A stretch of DNA of 62,960 nt, the filler included, from Octopus bimaculoides (lineage: Eukaryota), in NCBI RefSeq assembly GCF_001194135.2. It is 4 parts of 4 records of this genome, joined end to end, with 100 filler letters (N's around TTAATTAATTAA, not from the genome) between each part and the next. Parts side by side here need not be neighbours in the genome. Positions count along the whole stretch, not along the records: positions 22,932 to 43,222 come from NC_068989.1; positions 43,323 to 59,894 come from NC_069005.1; 2 more parts are not named here. One strand, given 5' to 3'. Of the stretch, positions 34,692-46,998 are shown in pieces (the first letter of the stretch is position 1; each line of letters opens with the position of its first letter). The notes beneath the pieces are model-generated. The model did no database searches. It was not told the origin of the DNA and saw only the letters and a program-made list of their open reading frames with translations. Both the position numbers and the translations under genes were made by a program.

Positions 34692-35532
34692 TGTAATACC
34701 TATGATTGAATTTATCAACCGATGGTATAAGTACGTTCGGCTTAAATTCAAACCTGGACTCTTTCCTTTCAAACTTGAAAAGTTTCTTAAACAAAAAACT
34801 GGTTTAATATAAGACTAAAATTTTGAAGTAAATTAGTCATTAACAAAGGTTAAGTTCGTCGGGACAAGGCTGAAATGTAATGATTTATTCTAAGAGTTGT
34901 CTAAAGAATACTTTCTCGACGTATCCAGAAGATGGACAGTGGCCATGACACTTTTCAGGACCTAAGTTACATGGTAGGAAGGGATGATATTTGACACGAA
35001 TATCTATGATTGAAATAGTCGCCAATTTGAAAGGTAAGAATATGTTATAATCTAAACATTATATATTTGTGTTTTTATCGAGACAAATAGAATAAATATA
35101 TTTTTTTGTTTATTCAAAACGAAAGACTTCGGTTTAAGGCACGTTCAGAAATGTTATAAACAGCTGTGACTTTCTCAAGACGACGAGGAACTTGGAAAGT
35201 TCAGAAAGCGATTCAGCTCAATTCATTGCTGCTACATTCCATGTAGTGCTCGATGTGAAAAGATAACATCCTCTGCTAAAAAAAAACTTGTCCTACTCAT
35301 TGTTTTGTTTAATATATAGCTTCCACCACACACACACACGGATGCACGCGTGTATGTGTGTGTGTGTAGCAGCATGTAGGGAAATGTAAGTATTTATGTT
35401 GATGGTTTGGCAACGTCGGAGTTGTTAAATGTATCACTTGATGGGATGTATGATAGATGTCAGGCCACCAAGAATGTAAGTTATAAGTTGACTGTTTTCG
35501 AAGTCCAAAAATAGTAGAAATAGCGTTTGTTT

Positions 35533-36053
35533 GGCGCTACTTTGGCGTGTGATCTACCATTTAAAGTCAGATTACTTTAGTTTACTTTTCAATTTCTAAA
35601 TTTTTTTGATAAATTCTTTTGTATATACTTAGCATTATAAATGTATTTTATAAAAATTCTTGCTATTTTATTTATAATAAAATCATGTTTCATTTATAAC
35701 TTAGTAAATGATAATAAGAAACCAAGAATAAACAATGTGATAAAAATAAGCGCGCAGATCACACAAGTTTGGTAGCCGCGAGTTTTGGAACAAAGTTAGC
35801 AAAATTTCACCGAATTTTCCTTTTCTTAGAGCCTCCTTCATTTCTTCACCACACCGATCACATAGTGCAACTTTTTTTCATCATCTATAAGGTAATTTTT
35901 TCGTAAAAATGCAACTGCCTTCGTGTCGTCGCTGATTACATTATAAAATTCGTTAGCCAACATCTTAAGGGTTTTTAGAAATTGAAAAGTAAACTAAGAA
36001 GTAACCTAAAGTAATATCCCTTTAAATTGTAGATCACTCGCCAAAGTAGCACC
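35533..36053. mobile_element. 521-bp non-autonomous TIR element, possibly Merlin-like
   Basis: ~70-80-bp imperfect TIRs starting GG(C/T)GCTACTTTGGCG. Flanks GTTTGTTT (35525-32) and GTTTATTT (36054-61) match at 7 of 8 positions. Confidence 0.6.
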
Positions 36054-37164
36054 GTTTATTTTACCGTTACAGTATAAAAACAACTGGTTCGAGTTGTATG
36101 AAGATTAATAGAAGTTTTGTTGTACTGTTGCCCCGAGTGGCCCTGATGGATATGTAGGATCTTGGAGGCATGAAGTGGATTCGATCCGTCATAGTCAAAT
36201 TTAAATTAACAGTCCAACAGAACTTTTCTCACAGTGGAACAATGGTTTTTCTCTGACAGGAGTTTTACATTTGCCAGATTGCCTTAGCTAGGCCGAAATA
36301 ATGTCTTCACCACTTGACGCTTATAACCTTTTCTACTTTACCAAAAGCCAGAATAGAGATATCCCAGTACCACCAACGAAACCCATTGTTCTCAGCGATA
36401 TGTCTATCCTTCTGGATAGTTACAAAAACAAGAACCCGCAAGCAGACAATTCAGTGAGAACGAACGCTCACATAATGCTGCCCCAAAATCAAAGCACAAA
36501 CTGCACAATATGCATGCAAAGCTTCATTGAACTATTCGGACTCACTCGAATAGATACTTGTCCTATATACATCACCTCAGATTTTCTCCCCTCATATCCA
36601 TGATTTTTCTTGGCCTTGCGTCACATCAATCTGTAACTTTACCCATTTCGATAACAATTTTAAACGTTCTGCAGTTTTCACAGTGCACTTTCCAGCAATT
36701 TTTCCCAATATCGATTTTTTGTCTCCGACAAATTATTTGTGTGGAAAAGTGATACAGCGAGCAGTTACAGTATAGCTAAGAGGATTCGAAACCGAATCCG
36801 CATTCTAACTAACTGTCTTTTATTTTCCAGACTTTTGTTTTTCTCCTCGTTGCACTTAGAGAGTTATGTGAATGAATTGACCCCTGAAACTAGATAAGCA
36901 CCTGCTTCACTAAGAATAACACCTAAGCCACAGAAGAATCACTAAATTAATACAGGCACGATAGGCTTTTGGCGCTAAATTCGAAATCTTTACACCAGTT
37001 TAACTGGCATTCCTTCTACAACCTCTGCAGAAGTAAGACGCTTTTCTTAGTCGCTTAAATTTTTTCTTGTCATGCCTGTATTAATTTAGTGACTCTTCTG
37101 TGGCTTAGGAAAATTCTGACTTCTATTTTTAGCGAAGCAGGTGCTTATTTAGTATATTCTTTTA

Positions 37165-37393
37165 CTTTTTTACGTGTTTCAGTCATTTGACTGCGGCTAT
37201 GCAAGAGCACCGCCTTTAGTCGAGCAAATCGACCCCAGGACTTATACTTTGTAAGCCTAGTACTTATTCTATCGGTCTGTTTTGCTGAACCGTTAAGTTA
37301 CGGGGACGTAAACATACCAGCATCGGTTGTCAAACAATGTTAGGGGGACAAACACAGATACACAAACACACACACACACACACACACATATAC
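37165..37393 (-). mobile_element. Family A SINE 3' half
   Basis: Near-identical to the other A copies; runs into a gap. Confidence 0.85.
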
Positions 37394-38043
37394 NNNNNNN
37401 NNNNNNNNNNNNNNNNNNNNNNNNNNNNNNNNNNNNNNNNNNNNNNNNNNNNNNNNNNNNNNNNNNNNNNNNNNNNNNNNNNNNNNNNNNNNNNNNNNNN
37501 NNNNNNNNNNNNNNNNNNNNNNNNNNNNNNNNNNNNNNNNNNNNNNNNNNNNNNNNNNNNNNNNNNNNNNNNNNNNNNNNNNNNNNNNNNNNNNNNNNNN
37601 NNNNNNNNNNNNNNNNNNNNNNNNNNNNNNNNNNNNNNNNNNNNNNNNNNNNNNNNNNNNNNNNNNNNNNNNNNNNNNNNNNNNNNNNNNNNNNNNNNNN
37701 NNNNNNNNNNNNNNNNNNNNNNNNNNNNNNNNNNNNNNNNNNNNNNNNNNNNNNNNNNNNNNNNNNNNNNNNNNNNNNNNNNNNNNNNNNNNNNNNNNNN
37801 NNNNNNNNNNNNNNNNNNNNNNNNNNNNNNNNNNNNNNNNNNNNNNNNNNNNNNNNNNNNNNNNNNNNNNNNNNNNNNNNNNNNNNNNNNNNNNNNNNNN
37901 NNNNNNNNNNNNNNNNNNNNNNNNNNNNNNNNNNNNNNNNNNNNNNNNNNNNNNNNNNNNNNNNNNNNNNNNNNNNNNNNNNNNNNNNNNNNNNNNNNNN
38001 NNNNNNNNNNNNNNNNNNNNNNNNNNNNNNNNNNNNNNNNNNN

Positions 38044-38073
<30 letters not shown>

Positions 38074-38076
<3 letters not shown>

Positions 38077-38284
38077 GGGTGCTGAAAAATTCTTGTTTTT
38101 AAGGATGTCGTGAAAGGCCTGGCTGGAGGTCCAACATTCCGAGTTGTTTTACAGGGCTCTAAGGACTTCTGCAATAAAGTGTGTGAATCTGAGAGGGGAA
38201 TGTGTTGCATAAAATCATAATTAACTGATTCTCCTCTATTTTTTTTATCCAAAGCCAGGAACTTTTCAACACCAACTCGTCTAT
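38074..38284. mobile_element. ~210-bp mariner-type MITE
   Basis: Imperfect TIRs 'gggtgctgaaaaattcttgtttt' and 'aaagccaggaacttttcaacacc'. Confidence 0.55.
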
Positions 38285-38450
38285 ATACATATATAAATAC
38301 ATATATATGTGCATGTGTGTGTATTTGTGTGTGTATGTATGTATGTATGTATGTATGCATGCATGCATGTATGTATGCATGCATGTATGTATGTATGTAT
38401 GTATGTATGTATGTATGTATGTATGCATGCATGCATGCATGTATGTATGT

Positions 38451-38677
38451 ATACTCTTTACTCTTTTACTTGTTTCAGTCGTTTGACTGCGGCCATGCTG
38501 AAGCACCACCTTTAGTCGAGTAAATAGACTCCAAGACTTATTCTTTGTAAGCCTAGTACTTATTCTATCGGTCTCTTTTGCCGAACCGCTAAGTTACGGG
38601 GACGTAAACACACCAGCAACGGTTGTCAAGCGATGTTGGAGGGGGGGACAAGCACAGACACACAAACATACACACAC

Positions 38678-38712
<35 letters not shown>

Positions 38713-38853
38713 TGTATATATACATACATACATACGACAGGCTTCTTTCAGTTTCCGTCTACCAAATCCACTCACAAGGCTTTGGTCGGCTCGAGGCTAT
38801 AATAGAAGACACTTGCCCAAGGTGCCAGGCAGGCAGTGGGAATGAACCCAAGG
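38451..38853 (-). mobile_element. Family A SINE, nearly full length, with internal microsatellite
   Basis: Head B-box, core 'ccttgggcaagtgtcttcta', internal (TATG)n/(TG)n tract, and a GAGTAAAA repeat tail. Confidence 0.85.
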
Positions 38854-38895
38854 AAAGTTGAACTATGTTGGAAATTATAGGCTATTTATGTCCAT

Positions 38896-39292
38896 GGAGG
38901 CGCAATGGCCCAGTGGTTAGGGCAGCGGAGTCGCGGTCATAGGATCGCGGTTTCGATTCCCAGACCGGGCGTTGTGAGTGTTTATTGAGCCAAAACACCT
39001 AAAAGCTCCACGAGGCTCCGGCAGGGGATGGTGACGAACCCTGCTGTACTCTTTCACCACAACTTTCTCTCACTCTTACTTCCTGTTTCTGTTGTGCCTG
39101 TAATTCAAAGGGCCAGCCTTGTCATACTGTGTCACGCTGAATAGCCCCGAGAACTACGTTAAGGGTACACGTGTCTGTGGAGTACTCAGCCACTTGCACG
39201 TCAATTTCACGAGCAGGCTGTTCCGCTGATCGGATCAACTGGAACCATCGACATCGTAAGCGACGGAGTGCCAACAACAACAACAACAACAA
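38896..39292 (+). mobile_element. Full-length tRNA-derived SINE with (AAC)n tail, resembling the octopus OK family
   Basis: Head 'ggaggcgcaatggcccagtggttagggcagcg..ggtttcgattcc'. A near-identical copy lies at 43612-44261. The family name is from recall, not a search. Confidence 0.8.
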
Positions 39293-39462
39293 AACAATGT
39301 CCTCTGTTGTGGCCTGAATTTAGTAGTAATCACTGGGTTTATCAAGGTGTGTTGTTGCTGAAAGTGTATGACTACTTATAGTTTTGTTGTCTTTAGTATT
39401 GAATGCATTTTTTGTTTACCAAGAGAATAAATACATTTTTTTATAACATTTGATTCATTGGT

Positions 39463-39613
39463 GGTTCGAAATTTTCCCAAGACACCTGAAGAAGTCTTGA
39501 GAATATATCAGCTGAAACGTTGTGTTAACAACAAACAAGATGAGGACAAATATCCGTCGAATGTAAATAACGTAAATAATGTACATAATTCCTCATCTCT
39601 TAAATAAAGAACT
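39463..39613 (+). mobile_element. Family F copy, 5'-truncated
   Basis: GACAC-CTGAAGA..GAAA-CG-TT-GTGT is retained; stem II is degraded. Confidence 0.8.
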
Positions 39614-39692
39614 GTTTTTTTTTTTTTGAAGTTGAATAGCAGAATTGCTCGAATATCGCGCTTCGACAGTTCCATTTCAAATAATTGTAACG
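39614..39692 (-). pseudogene. Mariner transposase N-terminal scrap
   Basis: 'MELSKRDIRAILLFNFKK' resembles mariner N-termini. Confidence 0.45.
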
Positions 39693-41265
39693 TTTTCTTT
39701 ATTGCCCATAGGGAGCTAAACATAAAGGGACGATACAAATGAGGGAGGGGTCGATGGTGCGTAAGGTTTTTACACAGAGGTGAAAAGTTAAAAATTTATA
39801 TAATCGAATGATAAACAAATGATAACCAAAACAAATACACAAACAATGAAGCGGAGGAAGGATTTTGCCTCGACCCCACACGCCCCGTACCACCACTGTA
39901 ACCTTTAGTATAACCTGATGGATAAACTATGTGGGTTCATTCATTCGCAACAAACTTACTACAGCCTTCCATATTTTTCCATATACATCAGGTGACAGGT
40001 ATTTTCTCTCTACCCTTATTTTCCTCTTAAGGTGGTAGATGAGGTAATGGACTAGTCCATGGCTGGAGACGAATGTACCTGTCACGATTCTATTCACGTA
40101 GGTCTTCTATACCACTTCTTTCGCTATAGCGACTATAGCGAAAAAACAAGCCTTGCTTTCTTTGTTAAAAGAGAAAGGAGGAACAACCTTTACAATTGAC
40201 TCGAAGACGTTCAACGTAAACCCACATCTCAGAGATTTTGCACAATTGCTTGCAGTACAGTTTCCTTGTCCTGCTCGCATTTTGGGCAGGTGGGTGCGCA
40301 AAGGGCACCATGCCTTGCGAGTTGATTGCGAGTTTATAAGGCTCTTCGGTAATACTGCCAGGCCAGGGATCCTTGGAAGCTATCCAAGGGTCCTTGCCCA
40401 AATGTCCCTCGGAACAGGCCGGCTAGTTGACCATCATCGAAGCCTAGAGTCTCCCCCAGGACGTCGTCACACTGAGCCCTTACCAACCCTCTATAGAAAG
40501 ACGATGTGGAAACCCGCCGCTGGCGTTGCATGTATGACAGAGAAGCTTGAGTGTCTCACGAAACTCCGCTTGCCATGCACCCACCTTTGGTCTACACTTG
40601 ATCCAAGGTCCTAGTTCACTCAAATTAGTAAGCTCAGGAAGTAACGACCGAACGAACGGAGACCACACCTGTTCACCATCCAGATACAGCCTCAGATGCC
40701 TCAGCTTCAGCGCATGTCCGCGCATCAACAGCCAAGGCATCCCTATCCCACCCTTTAGCGGGTGCAGCAGACAGAATGCTTTACAAGAGGACTTCTACCC
40801 CTCCACTAAAAGTGGAAGAGTAGCCGCTCCAACTTAATCAGCCGCGAACGGGCACAAGGTACGACGGTTAGGCGGTAGGTAATCACAGAAGCGATAAACA
40901 CTCATGCGACTTCCACCGTTCTTTCAGGGATAGCCGCCGCTCAGGCCAGGTCTGAGTTAGTTGGGTCACCCTGCTCGTCACCTCGCTCTAGTTCTTCTCT
41001 ATCTGGAGGTCTGGACCAAACTAAGCCCCTAGCATTTTAACCGGCCCCACCGTCCAACACCCTACGATGTTGTTGGGAGGTATTGACATGCCTCTCCAGG
41101 TACCGAGTTGCAAACCGATTGACTTTTGGTAACTTTTGCTCCTGCCACTGCATCGTAGTCCTTAATGGCTTTGCCTACCCTCTGTAGGTGTACCATCTCG
41201 GACACGATGATGGTGATGTCATCCGCGTACTCCGATACCTTCCTACTGCAACCTAGAGTGTGTGA
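39693..41265 (-). mobile_element. L1/Tx1-like LINE, 5'-truncated RT, C-terminus and 3' UTR
   Basis: 'EYADDITI', 'AWQYYRRAL', 'CPKCEQDKETVLQAIV', 'HHLKRKIRVER'. The UTR ends '..tatgggcAATAAAgaaaa'. Confidence 0.75.
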
Positions 41266-42264
41266 GTGTGAGTGGTTCAACAACTCTACCTACACAGTAG
41301 ATAACAAACTCTAAAATATCAGAAATAATACATTTCTAAATCTCTCAGAGAGATTTATGCAGTAGTGATACGATGAAGTAGTTGTATGCTGTCAACTTAA
41401 TGTGACAGTCCCCTGAAGGGAATAATACTACTGTTGGTTAGACCTAGGAAGCTGCACCGCTTCCTGTCGGCCTTGACACATTTCCTGTGTCCTTATGTTT
41501 ACAAGGGGGAGACAAGCACCTCCACCCAGCTAAGCCTGCATCCAGAGACATGTTTCTGAGTCTTTTTTTTACAGACAACAGAATGAACACATAGGAAAAC
41601 AGACGAGCCACTTATGGAACAGTCCATTTTTGTGCTTTATGTTCCCGTTCCTTTTCTGACGTCCTGTACCCGGATATGCATCTATATATACATGTAGATG
41701 TAGGTATGTACATATATGTATGTATACATGCATATGCTCATATATCATTTNNNNNNNNNNNNNNNNNNNNNNNNNNNNNNNNNNNNNNNNNNNNNNNNNN
41801 NNNNNNNNNNNNNNNNNNNNNNNNNNGATTATTTGTTTTTTATTTGTATACGTTTATATATTTGTGCCTACTTTGTTGTTTATGCTATCGGTTATCCATT
41901 AACCAACCATAACAAAGTCCATTTTTTTTATTAACCATGAGGTTGAGAAAAAGAGGCGACGATACGAGGACAGACAAAACAAACATTGGGTCAGGGTATC
42001 GAATGAGACGAAACGTATGAATAAACAAACAATTAAAATATATACAATTAAATGAAAATGAGTGATTTGCAAAAAATGAGGCGGAGGTCGCGGTCGATCC
42101 CACATACCACATACTCACACTAGAGACTTTGCTTTGTCCTTTTATTGGTTCTCGTTTAGATCGGTTCTTTCACTCGCAACATACTTGCTACAGACTTCCA
42201 TCTTTTACGAAACACACTTTGCAACAGGCATTTCTTCTCGATTCACAACCTCTAACTCTCTTAC

Positions 42265-43222
42265 AAATTTAATTTGTGGTCCGTGTGAAGAGCCATTTTA
42301 ACGATGCGTCCTGCCCTACTCTTCGAAACGCCTGTGTTAGAATGGGGGTAGCTGATAAAGAAAAATGTTCTCTATGTGGCCTGTGTGTGTACTGTACTCT
42401 GTTTATTATTATTTTTTTGTGTCTACGTTTTGTTTGCAATGTCCTGTACCCAGATATGCACCTATATATACAGGTAGACGTAGGTATGCACATACCTGTA
42501 CGTACATATGCATATACTCATTTATTATTTGTTTTACATGATCGAACGCCTGCGTCATTCCCTGTAAGTAGTTTTTGAACTTTATATTTTCTGACGCGAT
42601 TCTATCTATCTCTATCTCTATNNNNNNNNNNTACATGATCGAACGCCTGCGTCATTCCCTGTAAGTAGTTTTTGAACTTTATATTTTCTGACGCGATTCT
42701 ATCTATCTCTATCTCTATAACTTTTCCCCCCTCTCGTTCTTCCTTCTGTTACTACTATATCTCTCTCTTTCCCCCTCTCGTTCTTCCTTCTGTTACTACT
42801 ATATTTCTCTCTTCCTCTCTTTCTCTCGTTGCTCACCTTTTTTCTACTTCCTCCCCTTGTTTCTCCCTCTACCACTCTCTTTCTTCCTTACCCCTCGCTG
42901 GTCACATGTGTCCACTTACTAATTCTTTTCTTCCTTGGCTATCCCCGAGCAAACACGCGAACTTACTTCGCCCCGCTTCCAGTTCGTTGCTTCACAGCGT
43001 TCCTTATACACATAATTTTTCACGTCTGGCCGTATAGCCTTTTCCGTTTGTTTTCCTGTCTTGTTTTCTGTCCGCCACTACATTCCTCCATGGTACAAGT
43101 CTAATTTGTGTATACAAATTTAATTTGTGGTCCGTGGGAAGAGCCATTTTAGCGATGCGTCCTGCCCTACTCTTCGAAACGCCTGTGTTAGAATGGGGGT
43201 AGCTGATGAAGGAAAATGTTCT
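42265..43222 (+). repeat. Family H unit plus repeated start (direct repeats 42265-42370 and 43116-43222)
   Basis: Homologous to 55112-55958 (minus) and to the fragment at 41655-41750. Confidence 0.8.
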
Positions 43223-43347
43223 NNNNNNNNNNNNNNNNNNNNNNNNNNNNNNNNNNNNNNNNNNNNTTAATTAATTAANNNNNNNNNNNNNNNNNNNNNN
43301 NNNNNNNNNNNNNNNNNNNNNNTGTGTGTGTGTGTGTGTGTGTGTTT

Positions 43348-43605
43348 ATACGCGTGTCGACCGAAAAGTTCAAAGGCTGACAAAGATACTCCCATGAAAT
43401 GTGACCAAATGAGATGATTTTTCAGCATAGTTCCCCTCGCAGTGCATACACTTCTTCTATCGGTGTTGCAGTGCCGAGATTCCATTGGTGAAGAAACGTT
43501 CATCCTGTTGCTCAAAATAAGTCATAAACAGCAGATATGGCGTCGGCATCACTGAGACACTGGTTCCCAGCCAGGTGATTGTCAGATGGAGCTAAATCGC
43601 CAGGC
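43348..43605 (-). pseudogene. Mariner transposase C-terminal fragment with terminus
   Basis: 'DLAPSDNHL', 'FFTNGISALQHR*KKC..EGNYAEK'. It ends at a TIR-like '..cttttcggtcgacacgcg|TA'. Confidence 0.6.
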
Positions 43606-43611
43606 ATCTAA

Positions 43612-44261
43612 TTGTTGTTGTTGGCACTCCGTCGCTTACGACGTCGAGGGTTCCAGTTGATCCGATCAACGGAACAGCCTGCTCGTGAAATTAACGTGCA
43701 AGTGGCTGAGCACTCCACAAACACGTGTACCCTTAACGTAGTTCTCGGGGATATTCAGCGTGACACAGTGTGACAAGGCTGACCCCTTTGAATTACAGGC
43801 ACAACAGAAACAGGAAGTAAGAGTGAGAGAAAGTTGTGGTGAAAGAGTACAGCAGGGTTCACCACCATCCCCTGCCGGAACCTCGTGGAACTTTGGGTGT
43901 TTTCGCTCAATAAACACTCACAACGCCCGNNNNNNNNNNNNNNNNNNNNNNNNNNNNNNNNNNNNNNNNNNNNNNNNNNNNNNNNNNNNNNNNNNNNNNN
44001 NNNNNNNNNNNNNNNNNNNNNNNNNNNNNNNNNNNNNNNNNNNNNNNNNNNNNNNNNNNNNNNNNNNNNNNNNNNNNNNNNNNNNNNNNNNNNNNNNNNN
44101 NNNNNNNNNNNNNNNNNNNNNNNNNNNNNNNNNNNNNNNNNNNNNNNNNNNNNNNNNNNNNNNNNNNNNNNNNNNNNNNNNNNNNNNNNNNNNNNNNNNN
44201 NNNNNNNNNNNNNNNNNTGACCGCGAGTCCGCTGCCCTAACCACTGGGCCATTGCGCCTCC
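43612..44261 (-). mobile_element. OK-like SINE (gap inside)
   Basis: Reverse complement of 38896-39292. Confidence 0.85.
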
Positions 44262-44359
44262 ACTGTCAGGCATCAGCAAGCCAGAAAATGAAGTAGACAT
44301 ACCTCTCTTGTATATCTTCGCTCGCTCGTGGAGCAAAGCCGCCAAGATATACATATTAT

Positions 44360-44675
44360 CTTTTATTTCTTTCAGTCATTTGACTGCAGCCATGCTGGAG
44401 CACCGCCTTGAAGAATCTTTGGTCGAAAGTATTGACCCAAGTAATTATTTGTCTTTAAAGCCTGATACTTATTCTATCGGTCTATTTGCCGAATCGTTAC
44501 GGGTTCGTAAACACACCAACATTAGTTGTCAAGCGATGTTGAGGGCGACAAATACTGACACAAAGACACATGCATACACAATTGTATATGTGTATGTGTG
44601 TGTGTGTGTGTGTGTAAGAAGGGTTTCTTTCAGTTTCCGTCTACCAAGTCCACTCACAAGGCTTTGGTCGATCCG
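44360..44675 (-). mobile_element. Family A SINE, head missing
   Basis: Homology to the other A copies. Confidence 0.8.
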
Positions 44676-44689
44676 TGGCTAAAGCGAAA

Positions 44690-44940
44690 ACATTTTGATA
44701 CCATGAATTGAGCCAATCTGAGAACCTCTATGCGGTCGCTCGACCTGTTAGAAATGAGTGCTAAATCTCTCTTGCATCATACGAGATTGTCTTGAAAGCA
44801 ATACTGTCAGTGGATCAAAACTATCATAATATCTAGAAAGACAATGAGATGGTCACGGTCGGAACGTTTTGGTTCTACATAGGTCCGGTTGGGCAGGATT
44901 GAACTGGAGATAAACAACAACAACAGCAACAACATAACAA
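44690..44940 (+). mobile_element. SINE-like 3' fragment with (AAC)n tail
   Basis: Ends 'ggagataaacaacaacaac'. A related 'cgctcgacctgttagaaat' motif occurs on minus at ~52700-52770. Confidence 0.45.
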
Positions 44941-45761
44941 CACAACAACAACAACAACGCCATCGTTAGTACTGCCACTAAATGGTTACCTTTACACGAC
45001 GACGACGACGACGACGATGGCTACCACCACCACCACCACTAACAAAACCAAAGCTAGCACCACCCTTTTACTGTCACCGCCGCCATCACATATAGTACAA
45101 TTACCACTACCACTAACAGAACCACACCTCCGCCTATACACAGACACACACACTAGCAGCAGCACCGCCCACCACAACCACCACCACCTCAACAACAACA
45201 ACAACACCTCCACCGCCGCCACCACCGCCACCACCACCACCACCACCTTCACCGCCACGTTCAGACGCCAGACGTGTTCAATTAGATTCTCTATCTTAAA
45301 GACCCATAAAACTCGTGACCTTTCGCTAAAGTTGTCCTTCTCCCTTGACCAATTCACTAATTGATGCTGCTTTCATGTTTATATACACACAGACACAAAA
45401 ATATACATACTTACATATACACACACACACACATGTAATGTAATTATACATTTACACACACACACACACACACACATACTCACACACACATATGTATACA
45501 TACATCCATATATACATACATACATACACACATACATACATACATACATACATACATACACACGTGCGCGCGCATATGCATGCATTTCTATGAATGTATA
45601 TGCGCGTTTGTGTTCGTTGGAGACAAACATTCAACTTGGAAAACTATTCGATACTTCATATCAAAGTAAAATATATTTAAGCCGCGGGCATTATTTTAAG
45701 TTACATCTTGAGATTTTTCCTACGCACATACACACACACACACACATACACCACATCAGTA

Positions 45762-45914
45762 GATCTGTGTGGTAAGAAGTTTGATTTTCAGCCTCATGGT
45801 TCCGTTGTTCAGGCCCACTGCGTGGCATCTTCGGGGAGTGTCTTCTACTATAGGCTCAAGTCGACCAAAGCCTTGTGAGTGGATTTGGTAGACAGAAACG
45901 GAAAGAAGCCCATC

Positions 45915-45915
<1 letters not shown>
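45762..45915 (+). mobile_element. Family A SINE 5' half
   Basis: Head and core homology to 8710-8860. Confidence 0.75.
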
Positions 45916-45959
<44 letters not shown>

Positions 45960-45962
<3 letters not shown>

Positions 45963-46225
45963 TGGTTGTCTACTCTTTATGCAGTGTTTGACCACCTCCT
46001 ATACCTACACCTTAGCACTATCATGGCATCTGATGTGGCTTTTTAAACCAATGATCTGAAATGATACCCACATAGGTTGCACCTCCGATTCGGACCAAGA
46101 GCTGCAGATAAGTTCTTGCTCTTTGTGGATCGTAAAATGTCTTTTGAGGCCTCTGTTGGATTTGCTAACCTTCTGGCATACACTGCATTCAAAGGTGTTC
46201 ACAGGCATATAGTCAAAATAGTTGG
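45960..46225 (-). pseudogene. RTE-like LINE 3' end with a C2H2 finger
   Basis: 'FECSVCQKVSKSNRGLKRHFTIH', a second broken finger ('GLKSHIRCH'), a stop, a short tail and (CA)n. Confidence 0.55.
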
Positions 46226-46247
46226 TGGAGATTTGTTTTCCGTGCGT

Positions 46248-46306
<59 letters not shown>

Positions 46307-46343
46307 GTTTGTTTGTCTGTCTGTCTGTCTGTCTATAAATATA

Positions 46344-46998
46344 TTGGGTCATCCCATAAATAATGCGGTTTTTTATACTTCTTTTATTTTTCAAAATCAA
46401 GATGAACAAAGTTCTTTTTAAATCTATAATATACTCTCCTTCATTTCCTACAATGCTCTTCCAACTATTAGTTAGTCTTGCAAGGCCCCTCTTCCAAAAT
46501 ACACTTGTCTGTGACGAAAAATACTCCTCCAGTACTGTTTTGACCTCGTCTACAGAATTCATATTTTTCCCATCCAAATGATTTTGAAGACAGCGGAATA
46601 AATGATAATCAAATGGGGAAATGTCCGGCGAATATGGTAGGTGGAGCATCGTTTACCATTCAAACTGCCCCAGCCTTTGGAATGTCATCCTCACTGTATG
46701 TGGCCCAGCTGATGGAAGAACACCTTTCATCTTGAAACCAAAGATGGTCGTTTTTTCTTCTAGCGCTGACTTGAATAACTGGTTGAATGAACAAATTCAA
46801 AGCTTCTCTGCTACTTCCTCAACAGTTACGATAGGATTTTGTTCCACGAGGGTTTGCAGGACGTCCTCGTCGCGTTCTACAGATCTTCCAGGACGAGGTT
46901 CGTCTTTTAAGCTGTAGTTTCCGGCTCGGAATTTCTGGGATCACCGTTGACGCTGGCTTACGCTTATTGTCCGATCCCCATTTACTGCATTAATATCC
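46344..46998 (-). mobile_element. Mariner (DD34D-type) element, internally deleted and 5'-truncated
   Basis: 'PYSPDISPFDYHLF..GEY', upstream 'KFRAGNYSLKDEPRPGRS'. Terminus TA|TTGGGTCATCCCATAA. Confidence 0.85.

Noticed and set aside
34705-34790. Possible minus-strand exon 'KLFKFERKESRFEFKPNVLIPSVDKFNH' with AG/GT borders
   Set aside because: Short, no recognisable homology and no partner exons; RNA-seq would be needed.
36200-36760. 100-aa ORF at 36301-36603 and neighbouring frames
   Set aside because: No motifs in any frame I translated; probably an unrecognised decayed repeat.
42533-42720. ~90-bp direct duplication inside family H (similar cases at 16879-17030 and 7040-8115)
   Set aside because: Each pair straddles an N gap and is most simply an unmerged contig overlap.
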